Positions 11,880 to 24,922 of a DNA stretch of 64,000 bases are shown here, in pieces. A program made the position numbers and the translations under genes. This DNA comes from Octopus vulgaris. Taxonomy: Eukaryota. Location of the stretch: NCBI GenBank assembly GCA_951406725.2, contig OX597819.1, forward strand, positions 18,352,001 to 18,416,000, in the 5' to 3' direction. The notes under the pieces were generated by a model. The model ran no database searches. It was given only the letters and a program-made list of their open reading frames with translations, and was not told where the DNA came from. Position 1 is the first letter of the stretch, and each line of letters starts with the position of its first letter.

Positions 11880-12200
11880 AGGTTTCTATGTAAAGGCAAC
11901 TTTCGAGATATTGATATTGAGTTTCGAGATATTGTGTTCGATTATATTTTTTAAATTGGTAGTTGAGCTGAATCTGATTTTTAAGTTATGTCTATTGAAG
12001 AGATTTCTGTAAGTATGGTTGACTGGAAAATGTCTATCTATCAGTGGTAAGAAATACTTGCCTAGTGGTTTTAACGAAGAAATAACCTACACATATGCCA
12101 CCAGTCCAACAAAAGAAGAGGAAACATAGGAATAGGAAAGCTATCTGGTTCACACACCCCTACTCACCCCAGGTGACCTTCAGTATAGGCAATCATTCTT
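11880..12200. mobile_element. Penelope-like element remnant, two pieces in opposite orientation
   Basis: Plus 12110-12195: KKRKHRNRKAIWFTHPYSPQVTFSIG; minus 12065-11900: LGKYFLPLIDRHFPVNHTYRNLFNRHNLKIRFSSTTNLKNIIEHN. These are consecutive motifs of the PLE RT-to-GIY-YIG linker. Confidence 0.75.
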
Positions 12201-12422
12201 AGTGAAGTTCATGGAATCACGCTGTTCCTTCTTTTAAGTCATCGCAAAAATCGAGGAACAGGTGAGAAGCACTGTAAAACAAACACGCACCACGTGGCAG
12301 TACGGCTTCATCCGACAACACTGGTCGGCGTACTGGTGCCTGAGGGTCGCGTCAAGTGTCTTCTAGCGGTGGAAGCCTGAAATACAAAGGGCTATTCACA
12401 TATAGAATATTTCCACCTACTT

Positions 12423-12637
12423 AGGGCGGCTAGCTGGCAGAATCGTTAGCACGCCGGGCGAAATACTTCGACTGCCATTACGTTCTGAGTTCAAACTCCA
12501 TCGAGGTCGCCTCTGCTGTTCATCCTTTCGGGATCGATTAAATAAGTACCAGATACGCACTGGGGGCCAATAAAATTAATTTGTCTATCCTTGTTTGTCC
12601 CCTCTATGTTTGGCCCCCTGTGGGCAATAAATAAATA
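12423..12637 (+). mobile_element. SINE type B, full length with 17-bp TSD
   Basis: TGGCAGAATCGTTAGCAC (A box), GAGTTCAAACT (B box), TTCATCCTTTCGGGATCGATTAAATAAGTACCAG core, (AAAT)n tail; TSD AATATTTCCACCTACTT 12406-12422 / 12638-12654. Confidence 0.9.
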
Positions 12638-13037
12638 AATATTTCCACCTACTTTGGGGAATCTCCTCCTATATATATATATATCTATAATTATCATATT
12701 CTAAAGAAGAATGGAGTATTATACATCTTCAAAATTTGTGTATTACAGTGTATATATAACCGAAATGAAATATATAATTACTCTCTAGTATGACACCAAC
12801 CAGTCTGTATTCCGACAATCAAAGCAAAAACTACACACACACGCGCGCGAATATACGTATGATGTGGGGATGGGTATTGGTCAGTGCTGGTGTGTGTGTG
12901 TGTTGTGTGTTATGATGTGATGTGTAATATTGTATGGCGTAGTGTGGTTTGGTGTGATGTTGTTGGAAGGTGGGGGAGGCGAGAGTGCGGGAAAGCACGA
13001 GTGGGGTGTGGGTTCGGCTGGGGGTTGGGGTGTTTTG

Positions 13038-13180
13038 GGACGCTCAGGTAAGGAAAGAAAGAAGGAGTACTTAACGTTTCGAGCGGAGCTCTTCGTCAGA
13101 AACATAGGAAAAGGAAAGATCCAAGGAAGGGAAGACGGAGGAATAAAATCGCCAACGATACATACGTGGTCACATTTTGA
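13038..13180 (-). mobile_element. Penelope-like terminal repeat fragment
   Basis: About 70 nt nearly identical to 49273-49341; carries a hammerhead core. Confidence 0.65.
13069..13103 (-). ncRNA. Minimal type I hammerhead ribozyme motif
   Basis: GTTT-CTGACGA-A-GAGC-TCC-GCTC-GAAACGT-T-AAGT; stem I weakened to two A-U and two G-U pairs. Confidence 0.7.
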
Positions 13181-13205
13181 ACGATACACACGCAGAGAAA
13201 CACAG

Positions 13206-13270
<65 letters not shown>

Positions 13271-13759
13271 CATGTCTGTGTGTCTCTGCGTGCGTATGTG
13301 TGTGTGTGTATCACCATCAACTATGAAAAGCACAATTGTCAGACATTATATTTACATAAAGTATGCAATCATTCTACTACTGCAGATGGATATAAACGGA
13401 TATAACAAAATGCTGTTGATAAGACTATTTGAGAATTTTGTAGAAATAAATAACAGAAATCATGAAGTTTTGATAAATTGACATGGGAGGAAGTTTCCTT
13501 AATCACCATATATAAGCGTTGTCTGTGTTTTTATATGAATGGCGATAGCAATACTTGCTTGTAAACAAGTATTAAGATTGACAGAGGGAGAATAAAAAAC
13601 AACATTCTGATGCAAACTCATCACTTTGTACTAACGGGAAGTATATGTGTATATGTGTGTATGCGCGCGAGTGTGTGGTTGTTTGCATATATATGCACAC
13701 TAACAGCGTATGCCTATCAATCTATATATCTATATATCTATCTATCAATATATGTATAT

Positions 13760-13798
<39 letters not shown>

Positions 13799-13915
13799 CA
13801 GACACTCGTTCAAGCACACCCACACGCATACAGATATAACTCTACCTCCGGTATTCGGGTACTACTATGTCTTCCCCCTAATTCACAGTTAGGTACCTGC
13901 ATACATGCGTATAAT

Positions 13916-13975
<60 letters not shown>

Positions 13976-14689
13976 GTATGTATGTATGTATGTATGTATG
14001 TATATGTAGATGGGGGAGTTGTGCTTGTAGGTGATTGCGATTTGGTATGTGTGTGCGTCTGTGCATACCTATTCCCGCTGCTGTTTCCGAGATAAGCAAC
14101 GTTCTTCCTGCATTAGCGCCGGATTAAATATAACTGATTAATAACATAAATAAATCCATCATATCTAAGACGACTATTCACACCAATAATTCTCATAAGT
14201 ATAAAAGCAATAACAACAGCAGCAGCAGCAGCAGCAGCAACAACAACAATAACAACAACAACAATAATAATAATAACAGCAATAAAATTAATAATACACA
14301 TAGAAATAATAGTCGTCGTAGCTGCTGTAGTACTAATCTTATTAACGTTGCTTTTATTAAAATTAAGTCCTGTCTCTAATAGAAACAATAAGAAACTCTA
14401 ATATGATAAAATATAACAAATTGTTAGTATATCTCATAAAATATTTATTAGCGGAAACGTTGAATGGTATTTTTGTATACATTCTGCTTCTTCACATTCC
14501 GTGTTGAAATCTATCCGAGGCTAGTTTCTCCTTTCTGCAAACCAGATTCATTAAAATAATCTTCCATTTTCGGATTTTTCCCGATTCATTCGACAAACAT
14601 TCGTCAGTGAAAATTGCAGTTCTCATGCTTCAGTTAGAACCCATTAATTATCAGTAATAATCCCAACGAGATTCATAATTTAAGGATAA

Positions 14690-14900
14690 TATCGGTTCGA
14701 GATTTTGGCGCAAGTCGAGCGAGTTGAGGGAAGGGGTAAGCCAGGGACATCAACCCCACTGCTCAACGGCTACTTACTTTCATCTACCCCGAAAGGAAAA
14801 AAGGCTAAGTCTATCTCGGCGGAATAAGAACATAGAGTATGAAGGCTATCGGATTCCCGCTAAGCATTTTGGCCGCCATGCTAACGATTCTGGCACCCTA
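14690..14900 (-). mobile_element. Degenerate SINE type B
   Basis: CCCCGAAAGG..CGGCGGAAT..GCTAAGCATTT..GCTAACGATTCTG reverse-complement head and core. Confidence 0.6.
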
Positions 14901-15519
14901 CCGTTCGAGTTGAAATTTATTTACTTGTACAAGTGGCAGCATTCACCCGGGGTGAGTTGAGATAGTTCCAACCAAGGAGTTCACTCAATTTATGATGAAT
15001 GCTGACCACATCCAACTGACCGCCTTATGTCTCGCTGGGGAAGCGAGTGCATCGGATTGTTCGGATGCTGGAGCCGTAACCGGCGACCTCATTCGCTGTC
15101 CATGTGCAGGGTTCCTGTCCGGACATTCAGTGAGAATACAAGTTCACTTATGGTCAACAGTCATATGCATCCACACTTTGAGATACTGAGACCCCTTACT
15201 AATTAATCTTTCCATCGACTGTCGATTGTCGCAAAAGATTTGCTGATCACGTCACCGCCGATCATCGGGGCAGACGAAGCAGGTGGTACATATACTAGTT
15301 AACTCATAGCTGGCTGCCGGAAATTTGCTACTATTTCTAGCAGACCAGGAGACAATAGTCCCCTGGAAACTCACGAGGCAAAGCACCATTTGCGGACGGA
15401 GTTTCAATTCTAAATATCCCCACTTGCACATGCGAACCCTGCGAGTCAAAGTGGCCATTGCAGAGATAAAATGGTGTATAGTGTATATAAGTTGCGGGAT
15501 AAAATAGTGTATATATATT

Positions 15520-15551
<32 letters not shown>

Positions 15552-15563
15552 ACAAAGTGAAGT

Positions 15564-15615
<52 letters not shown>

Positions 15616-16098
15616 CATACATACATACATACATACATACATACATGCACTCATATACAAGCATACACATAAATTTACCTTTCCTTCTAAAAGGGTCTTC
15701 ACATACATTAATGCATATGTGTGTGCGAGTGTGTGCACGCGTGTGCCTATGCTTCTGTGTATCTGTGTGCACGCGTGCATGTGTGTGCGTGCGTGTTTGA
15801 GTGTGTGTACGTGGTGCAACATCGTTGGGCTGTTAGTAAGTGCAGAAGATTAATTAAATGTCAATATACTTTTCAGATAATATTGAACTCAAACTCGCCA
15901 TCCCCTCCATACAAAATTCCCCCATGATTCGTTTTCTGTTTATTATATTAATTTTTTTACGTTCATTTTAAAATTTATTTGTATTTTTTACTCGTTTTTT
16001 CTTTATTTTAGTGTATAACTTTGTTTAGCATTTTCTTTTGGAGTTTTGGTTGAGGAAAAATGTTCCAAAATTCCGTAATAATCAGCATACGACGCTGC

Positions 16099-16133
<35 letters not shown>

Positions 16134-16237
16134 GTACGCATATATATAAATATACACATATCTATATACATATATATACATATATATTTATATTTACATA
16201 GTGAAAGAGAGAGAGCGAGAGGGGGAAAGAGAGAGAT

Positions 16238-16281
<44 letters not shown>

Positions 16282-17100
16282 ATGTGTATACATATATACA
16301 TAGATATATACATACATAGACACACGTTTATTTACATACATACATGCGTGTGTGTATGTGTGTGTGTGTGTGCGTTTCTGTGTAATAATGAAATAATGAG
16401 ACAGAGACTGAAAGAGAGAGGAGGAATCGTAAAGCTCAACCCGAAGAACACTCGATGAGTGAAAGGAATGACAAAAATATACTGGAATTACACGAACAGC
16501 AACAACAATAACAGCGGCACAAACAACAACAACAACGATAAGAAAAACGTAAAGTGTTAGATAATTGCATGAAAGTAAAAGAGCGATGCAGAAACGACGA
16601 AGCACCGATGGACCTGTAAATCTATTGACATTTCCATGAATTAAATATTTAATCCGATGAAATCCATCTCCGTTCTTCTTCTCCGTTTTGTTTTTAATGT
16701 TACTCCTCTTCCTTGTTGTTGTTGTTGTTGTTGTTGCTGTTGTTGCTGCTGATCTTGCTGCTGCAGCTGTATTATTTGTTCAAAATTTTTTTTTTCTCGT
16801 TATCATTGCTGAGATGGTGATATCGTACACTTTTTAAAAAAAAACATCTTTTTGCTTAAGCTTTATTTCTTAAACACGTCTCCGTTGTTGTAGGTAGTAC
16901 TGCTGTTGCTGCTGCTGCTGTTGCTGCTGCCACTACCACTACCACTACCACTACTGCTACTACCATTAATGGTGCTGCTGGTGCTAGTGTAGCTGCTGTT
17001 TCGGAAAAGTGAATGTGAGATAGCATTATCTAATTAAAAAAAATATACATTATATGTATCGCAATTATAACTACAGCTCATATCATCATCATAATTATGG

Positions 17101-17200
17101 AATGAGAGGGCAGCAAAGGTCATCAAAGTGACTCTGGGGTACAAAATCACGAAGCCCTATAAATCTATCATGACTACCTATCTGATATGGGATACAGCCA
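17101..17200 (-). mobile_element. Diverged 3' fragment of the ~540-bp (TAA)n element
   Basis: CATCAAAGTGACTCTGGGGTA..CGAAGCCC..ATCATGACTACC matches 44909-44965. Confidence 0.65.
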
Positions 17201-19299
17201 GTCAGAGCCCACCTTCACCTTTTTGTTAAATTAACAAAGGTTGCCATTCAAATTGGCGACCTCAGATTCCCATGCGAATCTTCTAGTAAATTCACTTAAT
17301 ACACTAAATTTCACATTTATGAACCCTTTTAACTCGTTCAGAACAGTTAGATTTTACACTGATCCTCAATTGGTTATTCAGTGTATGTTCTGAGGAATTG
17401 CTTTCTACACAACATGCTTCGTCTATGTGGGTCAGAAATGTTTAACTCTCAAGAAAATTAAGAAAATGTGAAATTATATATACAACGTGAATGGAGTGCT
17501 CACCCAAGACGTCATCAGTGTGGCCAATTTGCACAATTTACTAGAAAATGTAAATTAGCATAGCTTCCTTTCTTTTTGGCCCAATTTTGCTAATTTCCCG
17601 TTTGAAATATATAAAAAAATATATTTGTTTAGATATGAACAGTGAAATTTTACTGGTTTAGTTTCCCTTTAAGTAGACTTCTAAGGGGTAAATATATTTT
17701 CCTTAAACAGACCTAGAGTTAATTCGAACTAACGTAAAAACACGTTTACATATGCCCAAGTATTATTAAAAGCGAAAAGAATTATGGTCATTCCGTACCC
17801 GAGTGAGGTTGTCTTATCACCCTTCACTAGTTACGCGCTCATAAATTACTTTGATAGTTTAGCTCTGATTGGCTGTATCGAAATGAGTTCAAAATTGGGG
17901 TCGGGAACTCTCGCGGGTTATTAACTTAGATATGTACATTTCAACGTGTTTCTAGATTTTATATGATGCACAGATAACAATTTTGATTTGATACAGTATC
18001 AAGAGCCTTCACACATTAACAAATACGTGTCTGAGAATATGCGAATGTATGTGTATATGCGTATATACATCCATATGCGTACATTCATTTAGACATACGG
18101 TTGTTCATACATATAAATACATAAATACATACATATATATATATACATAAATATATACACACACACAACTCAAACATATACACACTCACACATACAAACA
18201 TACACACACACATACACCCATATATATCCATATATAGATAAAAAATATTCAGACAAATACATAACAAAAATACCAGGGCTTACAAATATATATAACATAC
18301 AGAAAATTGCACTACTAGGCACTGCACACATCCTACACAAAACACTTTCAATACAGTGAATATAAGAGCATCACAACAAACCACAGCACATACCCAAGTC
18401 ACACACAGCTGCGTTCGGAAGTGAAGTGAAAGCACGTTTTAAAAATAAGACTACTGAAGGATAATAATAGACGACGACGACGACGACGGCTAGATATGAA
18501 GAACGGAAGAAATTCGTCCCTAGTTATGATTTGATCACAACAGAAATTGGTCGAAATAAAAGCTAACGTTCGTCTTTGTCCACACGGAAGCTCCCTAATT
18601 TATTGTTGACCCATGTTGAATGTGAAGCGATTGCGATGCAAAGACTTTGACTATTTACACTTTTTAATGATTACAATGATTTATAATTCTCCCGAAATAT
18701 ATCGGGATTTGTCTCCCTCACATACTACAATACAGTATTAATGGTGTGTTTTCATTACCACATAATTTATTCCCAAATAGGTTTTTTTTGTTTTTGTTTT
18801 TTTTGTGCGTGGTGCATTAAATAGATTAACTTTTAATTTATAGCTTATCTTGTGACCGATAAACGTGATAAGTCATTAAATGGAGCACCATCGCTTTTAG
18901 ACCATGTGTGTTGTTCTATGAATTGATTTACTTTCTCGATGATTTAATGAATAATTAGGTGAAGACTGCAAAAGTGAAACTTATCTCACTAGCGGAACCC
19001 GGGTTACATAATTTGACAAGACAAGACCTTTAAATAACGGTTTATAGACCATGGAATAGGTATCTAAAGATTTTTCTGTTAACTGATATCCATTTGCAAA
19101 TTTTCGTTCTGTTCGAAACTATGGCAAAAGACACTTGTCTTAGATGCACTGAATGGAATGGAAACCAGTATATTACGATTGTGAGATAGCCTCCTTGTGA
19201 TGTAGTCAGTCGGGCCAAATGATCAGCAATCTATTCTACCGCATTATGTGACAAGGATGTGACAAATATAGTTACTGTAGTAATTTGCTTTAGACGTCA

Positions 19300-19495
19300 A
19301 GCGGGGAGAATAATTAGCACGCCAGACAACACCTTTAGCGGCATTTTGTCCTCAGTTCAAATACCGCCGAGGTCAACTTTGCCTTTCCTACTTCGGGGTC
19401 GATAAAATAAGTACCAGTAGAGAACTGGGGTCAATGTAAACGCCTTAGCCCTTCCCGCGAACCTGCTGATCTTTTGCTACAATTGGGAACCAATA
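19300..19495 (+). mobile_element. SINE type B
   Basis: AGTTCAAATACCGCCGAGGTCAACTTTGCCTTTC..TTCGGGGTCGATAAAATAAGTACCAG. Confidence 0.8.
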
Positions 19496-20139
19496 TTTTA
19501 ATTAGCACGATAAAGCTCTATGTAGCATTGTATTACACAATATTTTAAGAGCAAGAGCAATATCCAATGAAGCCGTGTGCTTAGCCATGTCTTCACTAAA
19601 CAACTAAAACAATTAAACTACAATGAAAGAAATGTAGCGATAAATAAAAGACGATTTTGGCCATGCGGAACTGTTTGACGACGTGATGTCTGTAGTAGCG
19701 TTCAAATGTAATCTGGTCTGTTATCTGCTCTGTTATTGGGAGTGGAGACTGTTGTGAATATGTTTACATGTGACTTGTTTTATCTCTCACACACTAGAAA
19801 ATACAACACAACGTTTCATCTCGGCGATCGTCGCACCACAAATAACTCGACTATAACTAATAAACAAACTACATACCAAACGCCAACACCTGACACACCG
19901 TTCTAGAGACTACTCTCTATGCATGGTTACGCTTGCCTCTCTACCGGTCTATTCATCCTTGCTATCAATGCACCACAGAAACAGACACGCCACAAAAATG
20001 GAGTCCAAATCAGCCCATCAATGACTTATTCATCGACCTGCGCCTTCATTATTCCTGTCAAGCCCCTATATTTTTTGCTTGAACCTTAGCACTTACAAGG
20101 TCCTTTCCTCGGTTGTCATAGCCTATAAATGAATGAACT

Positions 20140-20330
20140 TGCAACTTATTCCCTGAACGAGACCCCGTTTAGCGCCAGGTTCAAAGTCATCAATTGTACT
20201 TTAATTTATCGATCACGAAGAAATGAAGGAACGAGTTGTCCTCGATGGGCTTTGAACTGGGGGCCAGAAGATATGTAGCTAGGTATTTTGTCCGATGATG
20301 CAATGACGATTCTACCAGCTGACCGCCTCA
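20140..20330 (-). mobile_element. Highly diverged SINE type B
   Basis: TTTATCGATCACGAAGAAATGAAGG..AACGATTCTACCAGCT-like reverse-complement motifs. Confidence 0.5.
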
Positions 20331-21169
20331 TTAAACCCTATTTCCCCGCTACAACGAATATACCAATACATGGACGTTACACAACATATACAGCATCGCT
20401 GGATGTGGTTCAGCACTGCACTCAGCCCACCACTAAACCTACCACCCCTCTACACTTTCAACAGCTACTATAGATCCTTCCAGTATACTACTCCACAAGT
20501 AGAATCATATACAAGACATGTGATGCCAAGGGCAGACAACCGACCACAATACCGCTTTCAGAAGACGAGCTGAAGATGATTTCGCCCACGGCTAGAAAAC
20601 TTACACGATCGAGTATTCCAAACATTCTCGCATCCTTTATAAGTGAATCTAAACTTCATTCCTAATTAAGAAACCATAATTAGAAGTATATCTCCTGGAG
20701 CTTCGGTGGGTGGAGGAGTCGATGCAGCAATCATTCTTTACTGATCGAAATACACGCACACACTCAAATGCATACACACACATATACATACATATATGTA
20801 TACGTATATATATACGTACATTAGACACAATTCTTTCCGTGAAAGTTATATACAGCAAACGCAGTCATATAAAAACATATACTCATACATCACATCATGA
20901 CTAATTGGTTTAGCCAGTTTAATGAATTGATAGTGAAACAAGCATCAAATATTCATAAATCTTGAAATGAACGCAACGATACGATAAGTGTACATATTCT
21001 CACAATCATTAATAATGCTTTTGTTGCTGATATCACTATCGTTATCGTCGTCGTCGTCATCATCATCATCATCATCATTATCAAAATCGTCATTGTCATT
21101 GTCATGGGTATTGTCATCATCGTCGTCATCATCATCATCATTGTTAATGTTATTACGAAGTTATAACGA

Positions 21170-21340
21170 AGCCGGCAAGATGGCGGAATCGTTTGCGCGT
21201 CGGGCAAAATCCTTAGCGGCATTTGTCCGTCTTTGCGTTCTGAGTTCACAATCCGCCGACATTGACTTTGCTTTTCATCCTCTCGGGGTCGATAAAATAA
21301 GTACCATTCGACCAATCCGCTCCCCCGGAATTTTAGGCTT
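21170..21340 (+). mobile_element. SINE type B
   Basis: TGGCGGAATCGTT..GTTCTGAGTTCAC..TTTCATCCTCTCGGGGTCGATAAAATAAGTACCA. Confidence 0.8.
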
Positions 21341-21348
21341 TCAGCCTA

Positions 21349-21437
<89 letters not shown>

Positions 21438-21464
21438 TTGTTGTTGTTTTTGTTATTATTATTA

Positions 21465-21615
21465 AGGCTCCAAGCTGGCAGAATCGTCGGGCCGCAGGAC
21501 AAATTGCACAACAATATTTCTACCGAGTCTTTACATTCTGCGTTCAAATACTTTTGTCGATGTAATTAAATATCTCTTCTCTCAAGTTTTCAAGACTTGT
21601 GCCTATGGTGTAGTG
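21465..21615 (+). mobile_element. Deleted SINE type B
   Basis: AGCTGGCAGAATCGT..CATTCTGCGTTCAAAT head. Confidence 0.55.
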
Positions 21616-21674
21616 GATTATTATTATTATTTTTATCAAGATGCTAAATTCCAGTTCATATAACAGGAATATTA

Positions 21675-22045
21675 TCTTGGTTCTTCTTAACTGGTCTCCT
21701 CAAATCCCCTGATAGCTGCTATTATCACTTAGTCCACTGGTTGCAAGTTTCCCCTCCCTCAGCCAGAGCCAGCGTTCTTTACTTCGGTTTTGCTGCATCA
21801 GTTGGTTATATAATTCCTTTCTTTCTATCTGCTTGCTCTCTTGTTCTTCCATCTTTTCTTGAATTCTCGCATTGTTTCTGTCCCTGTTTCGGTATCTCCG
21901 GCTACGAAACTTATGCTTTCATCTTCCCTCACAACTTTTCAACCCCAATATCGCTCTACTAACGACGTATTCGGTGTTTAATAATAATCTACCAACTTCC
22001 TTGCTCTTAGGATGGTGTGCGTTGTGTATTTTGAGCAGCTTATGC
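21675..22045 (-). mobile_element. R4/Dong-like ORF fragment (second, diverged segment)
   Basis: KLLKIHNAHHPKSKEVGRL...ERWLWLREGKL repeats motifs already present upstream at 22800-23170. Confidence 0.6.
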
Positions 22046-23335
22046 ATATGTTGTGCACCTTGTCCTCCACCACTAGATCTGTTATACTCTAGCAACTGAT
22101 CTCTTTGGATTGGGATATCCCAGAGGATTTTGCTAGTTTTCGACTCCGCCACTCTCTCCGGTTCGTACTCATACCACGTCTTACCTCTCTTTAATCCCCA
22201 CTTCTCGCACACTTTCCAATGTAGCACTTTCGCTACCTGATCATGTCGCCGGAACTTATAGCGGTTTTCAGCAAGTCTAGGAGATTTGTTTGTGATATGG
22301 TCAATGGTTACATCCACTCTGTGGAGGCGCAATGGCCCAGTGGTTAGGGCAGCGGACTCGCGGTCGTAGGATCGCGGTTTCGATTCCTAGACTGGGCGTT
22401 GTGAGTGTTTATTGAGCAAAAACACCTAAAGCTTCACGAGGCTCCGGCAGGGGATGGTGGTGATCCCTGCTGTACTCTTTCACCACAACTTTCTCTCACT
22501 CTTATTTCCTGTTTCTGTTGTACCTGTATTTCAAAGGGCCGGCCTTGTCACTCTCTGTGTCACGCTGAATATCCCCGAGAACTACGTTAAGGGTACACGT
22601 GTCTGTGGAGTGCTCAGCCACTTACACGTCAATTTCAGGAGCAGGCTGTTCCGTTGATCGGATCAACCGGAACCCTCGTAACCGTCGTGCTTCCATCCAC
22701 ATCCACTCTACTACAGATGCAGCAGAGCGGAGACACTTGTTAATTCCAATTGCTGGTCACCCCCAGTTCGTGGCCAAAGCTTGGTCTTACGCTGCTCAAT
22801 ATAATCCTCTTGGTCTCTTTTTAAAGTTTCCTTTCTTCAATTAATCCCGCTTATTTTTTCCATCCACTTCTGTTGTAGCCGCCGCCTGGATCTGATTGTG
22901 TAATCCCTTCTTGCGTAATTCTTCTTCATGTCCTTTTTGTACTTCTTCCTTCGTTTCTCCGTTTTTCTCTGCATTCACTACTTCATCGTTCCGAACTGAC
23001 AATAGTAAGTTTTCTTACTTTGTGATAAGTAACTCATTAAACTCTCGAGTTGGACACGTACACCGTCATCTACCCCTATCAGTCCTCTTCCTTCATTTGC
23101 TCTCTTCCTGTGTAGGTGATCAGTGTCTGCACGTGGATGATGTGCTTTATGCATCGGTAGGAGGTTACTTGATTTCCTGTTCATTTCCTTTAGCTCCTGT
23201 TCTCTCCACTTCAGAATTCCGTCGCCATACCGAACTACTGCGACCGCGTGCGAGTTTATTGCCGAAATTATGTTTCTGGCATAGGCTTTGAAGCTAGTCT
23301 TTTTCTTCACATCGTTGTGTTTTATTCCATGTTAT
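22046..23335 (-). mobile_element. R4/Dong-like non-LTR retrotransposon fragment interrupted by a SINE
   Basis: NIISAINSHAVAVVRYGDGILKW..HHPRADTDHL..GRGL, degenerate CCHC, RRHDQVAKVLHWKVC..WYEYEP..KILWDIPIQ. Confidence 0.85.
22321..22698 (+). mobile_element. tRNA-derived SINE type C2, full length with 11-bp TSD
   Basis: TGGCCCAGTGG (A box), GGTTTCGATTCC (B box); TSD ACATCCACTCT 22310-22320 / 22699-22709; the empty site is visible in the paralog at 44467-44487. Confidence 0.92.
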
Positions 23336-23340
23336 CAATC

Positions 23341-23803
23341 GTGAATTATCCAAACCTCATAGAATTCCTTTCAACACATGGTTATGATGTTCCCCCGCTA
23401 CTTCTGCTCGTGATCAGAGATTCACATATCTTAAGTCACTAAGGGACATGCTCAACTGAGTATGGTCAAACAACTAACAATACCACAGATTTGGGATTCT
23501 TTCCCAAATCTCAATAATTCACATTTGGAAACATGGGTGTTTCATTCAACATCCTTAAACAACCCTTATTCAGGGAACTTTTGAGCGGGATGGATAACAC
23601 GACCAGAAGAAAATTCTAACTAGGCCCCACCTGCAAGGTCATGCGCTGTTTATGTTGACATGAGATCACCATGTCGCGCACATATGATTGTGATGCATGT
23701 GCCTAGTGAACCCTTATCTGGTGGGTAGTCATGATGGGTATACTGTGCTTCGTATATTTAACCCCAGTGTCACTTTGATGACATGCACTACTCTCTCACT
23801 CAA
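23341..23803 (+). mobile_element. ~540-bp (TAA)n element with inverted 5' segment
   Basis: 23341-23480 is the reverse complement of the element's middle part; 23495-23803 is forward and ends CTCTCTCACTCAATAA then (TAA)n. Confidence 0.85.
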
Positions 23804-23816
23804 TAACAACAATAAA

Positions 23817-23926
<110 letters not shown>

Positions 23927-24249
23927 AATGGTAATAATAATAATAATGATAATAATAATAGCAAAAAAAGAAGAGTGCCATTGTTATCAAGTGAATGATA
24001 TTTCGACATCTTCCACAGGTTAAAAAAAATAAACTCGTCAATCTACTTCAATTTTATTAATATTTTATAGGATTAAGGTAACTCCTACAGAAGCAAACAA
24101 ATAAAGATTGACAAGTATATTTTTTAGAATCTGTGGAAGGCACACTACGTGCCGAAGTGTAGTTCACTTGATAACAATGACGCTCTTCTTTTTTTTTTGG
24201 TCCTGTATATCTACTGGAGGAATTATCTCAATCCTATAAAATCTTATCA

Positions 24250-24298
24250 ATAATAATAATAATAGTAATAATAAATGATGATGATGATGATAATAATG

Positions 24299-24371
<73 letters not shown>

Positions 24372-24484
24372 TGATGATGATGATGATGATAATAATAATA
24401 ATAATTATAATAATGATGATGATAATAATAATAATAATAATGATGATAATAATAATAATAATAATGATAATAATAATAATGATA

Positions 24485-24516
<32 letters not shown>

Positions 24517-24542
24517 ACTACTGCTACTACTACTACTACCAC

Positions 24543-24595
<53 letters not shown>
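24250..24595. repeat. (TAA)n/(TGA)n/(CTA)n trinucleotide array
   Basis: Direct reading. Confidence 0.95.
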
Positions 24596-24690
24596 TGTCA
24601 ACAACTCTTAACCTTCACTTGCCCTAGGGCGCTGGTAGTGCCCCGGCAAGTGATTGCATCAAACATGCAGATTAAAAGTAAACGACAATA
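24596..24690 (+). mobile_element. Short 3'-terminal retroelement fragment in (TAA)n with strong hairpin
   Basis: CACTTGCC..GGGCGC-TGGTA-GTGCCC..GGCAAGTG stem-loop at 24616-24652; (TAA)n on both sides. Confidence 0.5.
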
Positions 24691-24702
24691 ATAATAATAA
24701 CA

Positions 24703-24880
24703 ATCCTATCTGTTATAGGCACAATATCTGAAATAGGAAGAGGAAGAGAGTCGATTACATCGACCCTAGTATTCAGTTTATTTTATCGACCCCGAAGGAG
24801 GCTAGGAAAAGTCGACCTCGGCGAACTCAGAACGTAAAGCAATTTACTCGGCGTGCAAACGATTCTACTTGCTCGACGCT
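24703..24880 (-). mobile_element. SINE type B
   Basis: TTTTATCGACCCCGAAGG..AAGTCGACCTCGGCG..AACTCAGAACGTAA. Confidence 0.75.
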
Positions 24881-24922
24881 CTAACACCACCACCATCACC
24901 ACCACCACCAACAACAACAATA

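Noticed and set aside
19990-20050. INDLFIDL resembling an LTR-retrotransposon RT motif
   Set aside because: Too short, with no supporting neighbouring motifs
20988-21569. 193-aa Ser/Leu-rich ORF, representative of the many YI/LSIY/CV/HT-repeat ORFs
   Set aside because: Made of microsatellites and SINE sequence; no coding signal
22323-22395. tRNA-like cloverleaf
   Set aside because: It is the head of a TSD-flanked SINE, with no proper acceptor stem or pol III terminator
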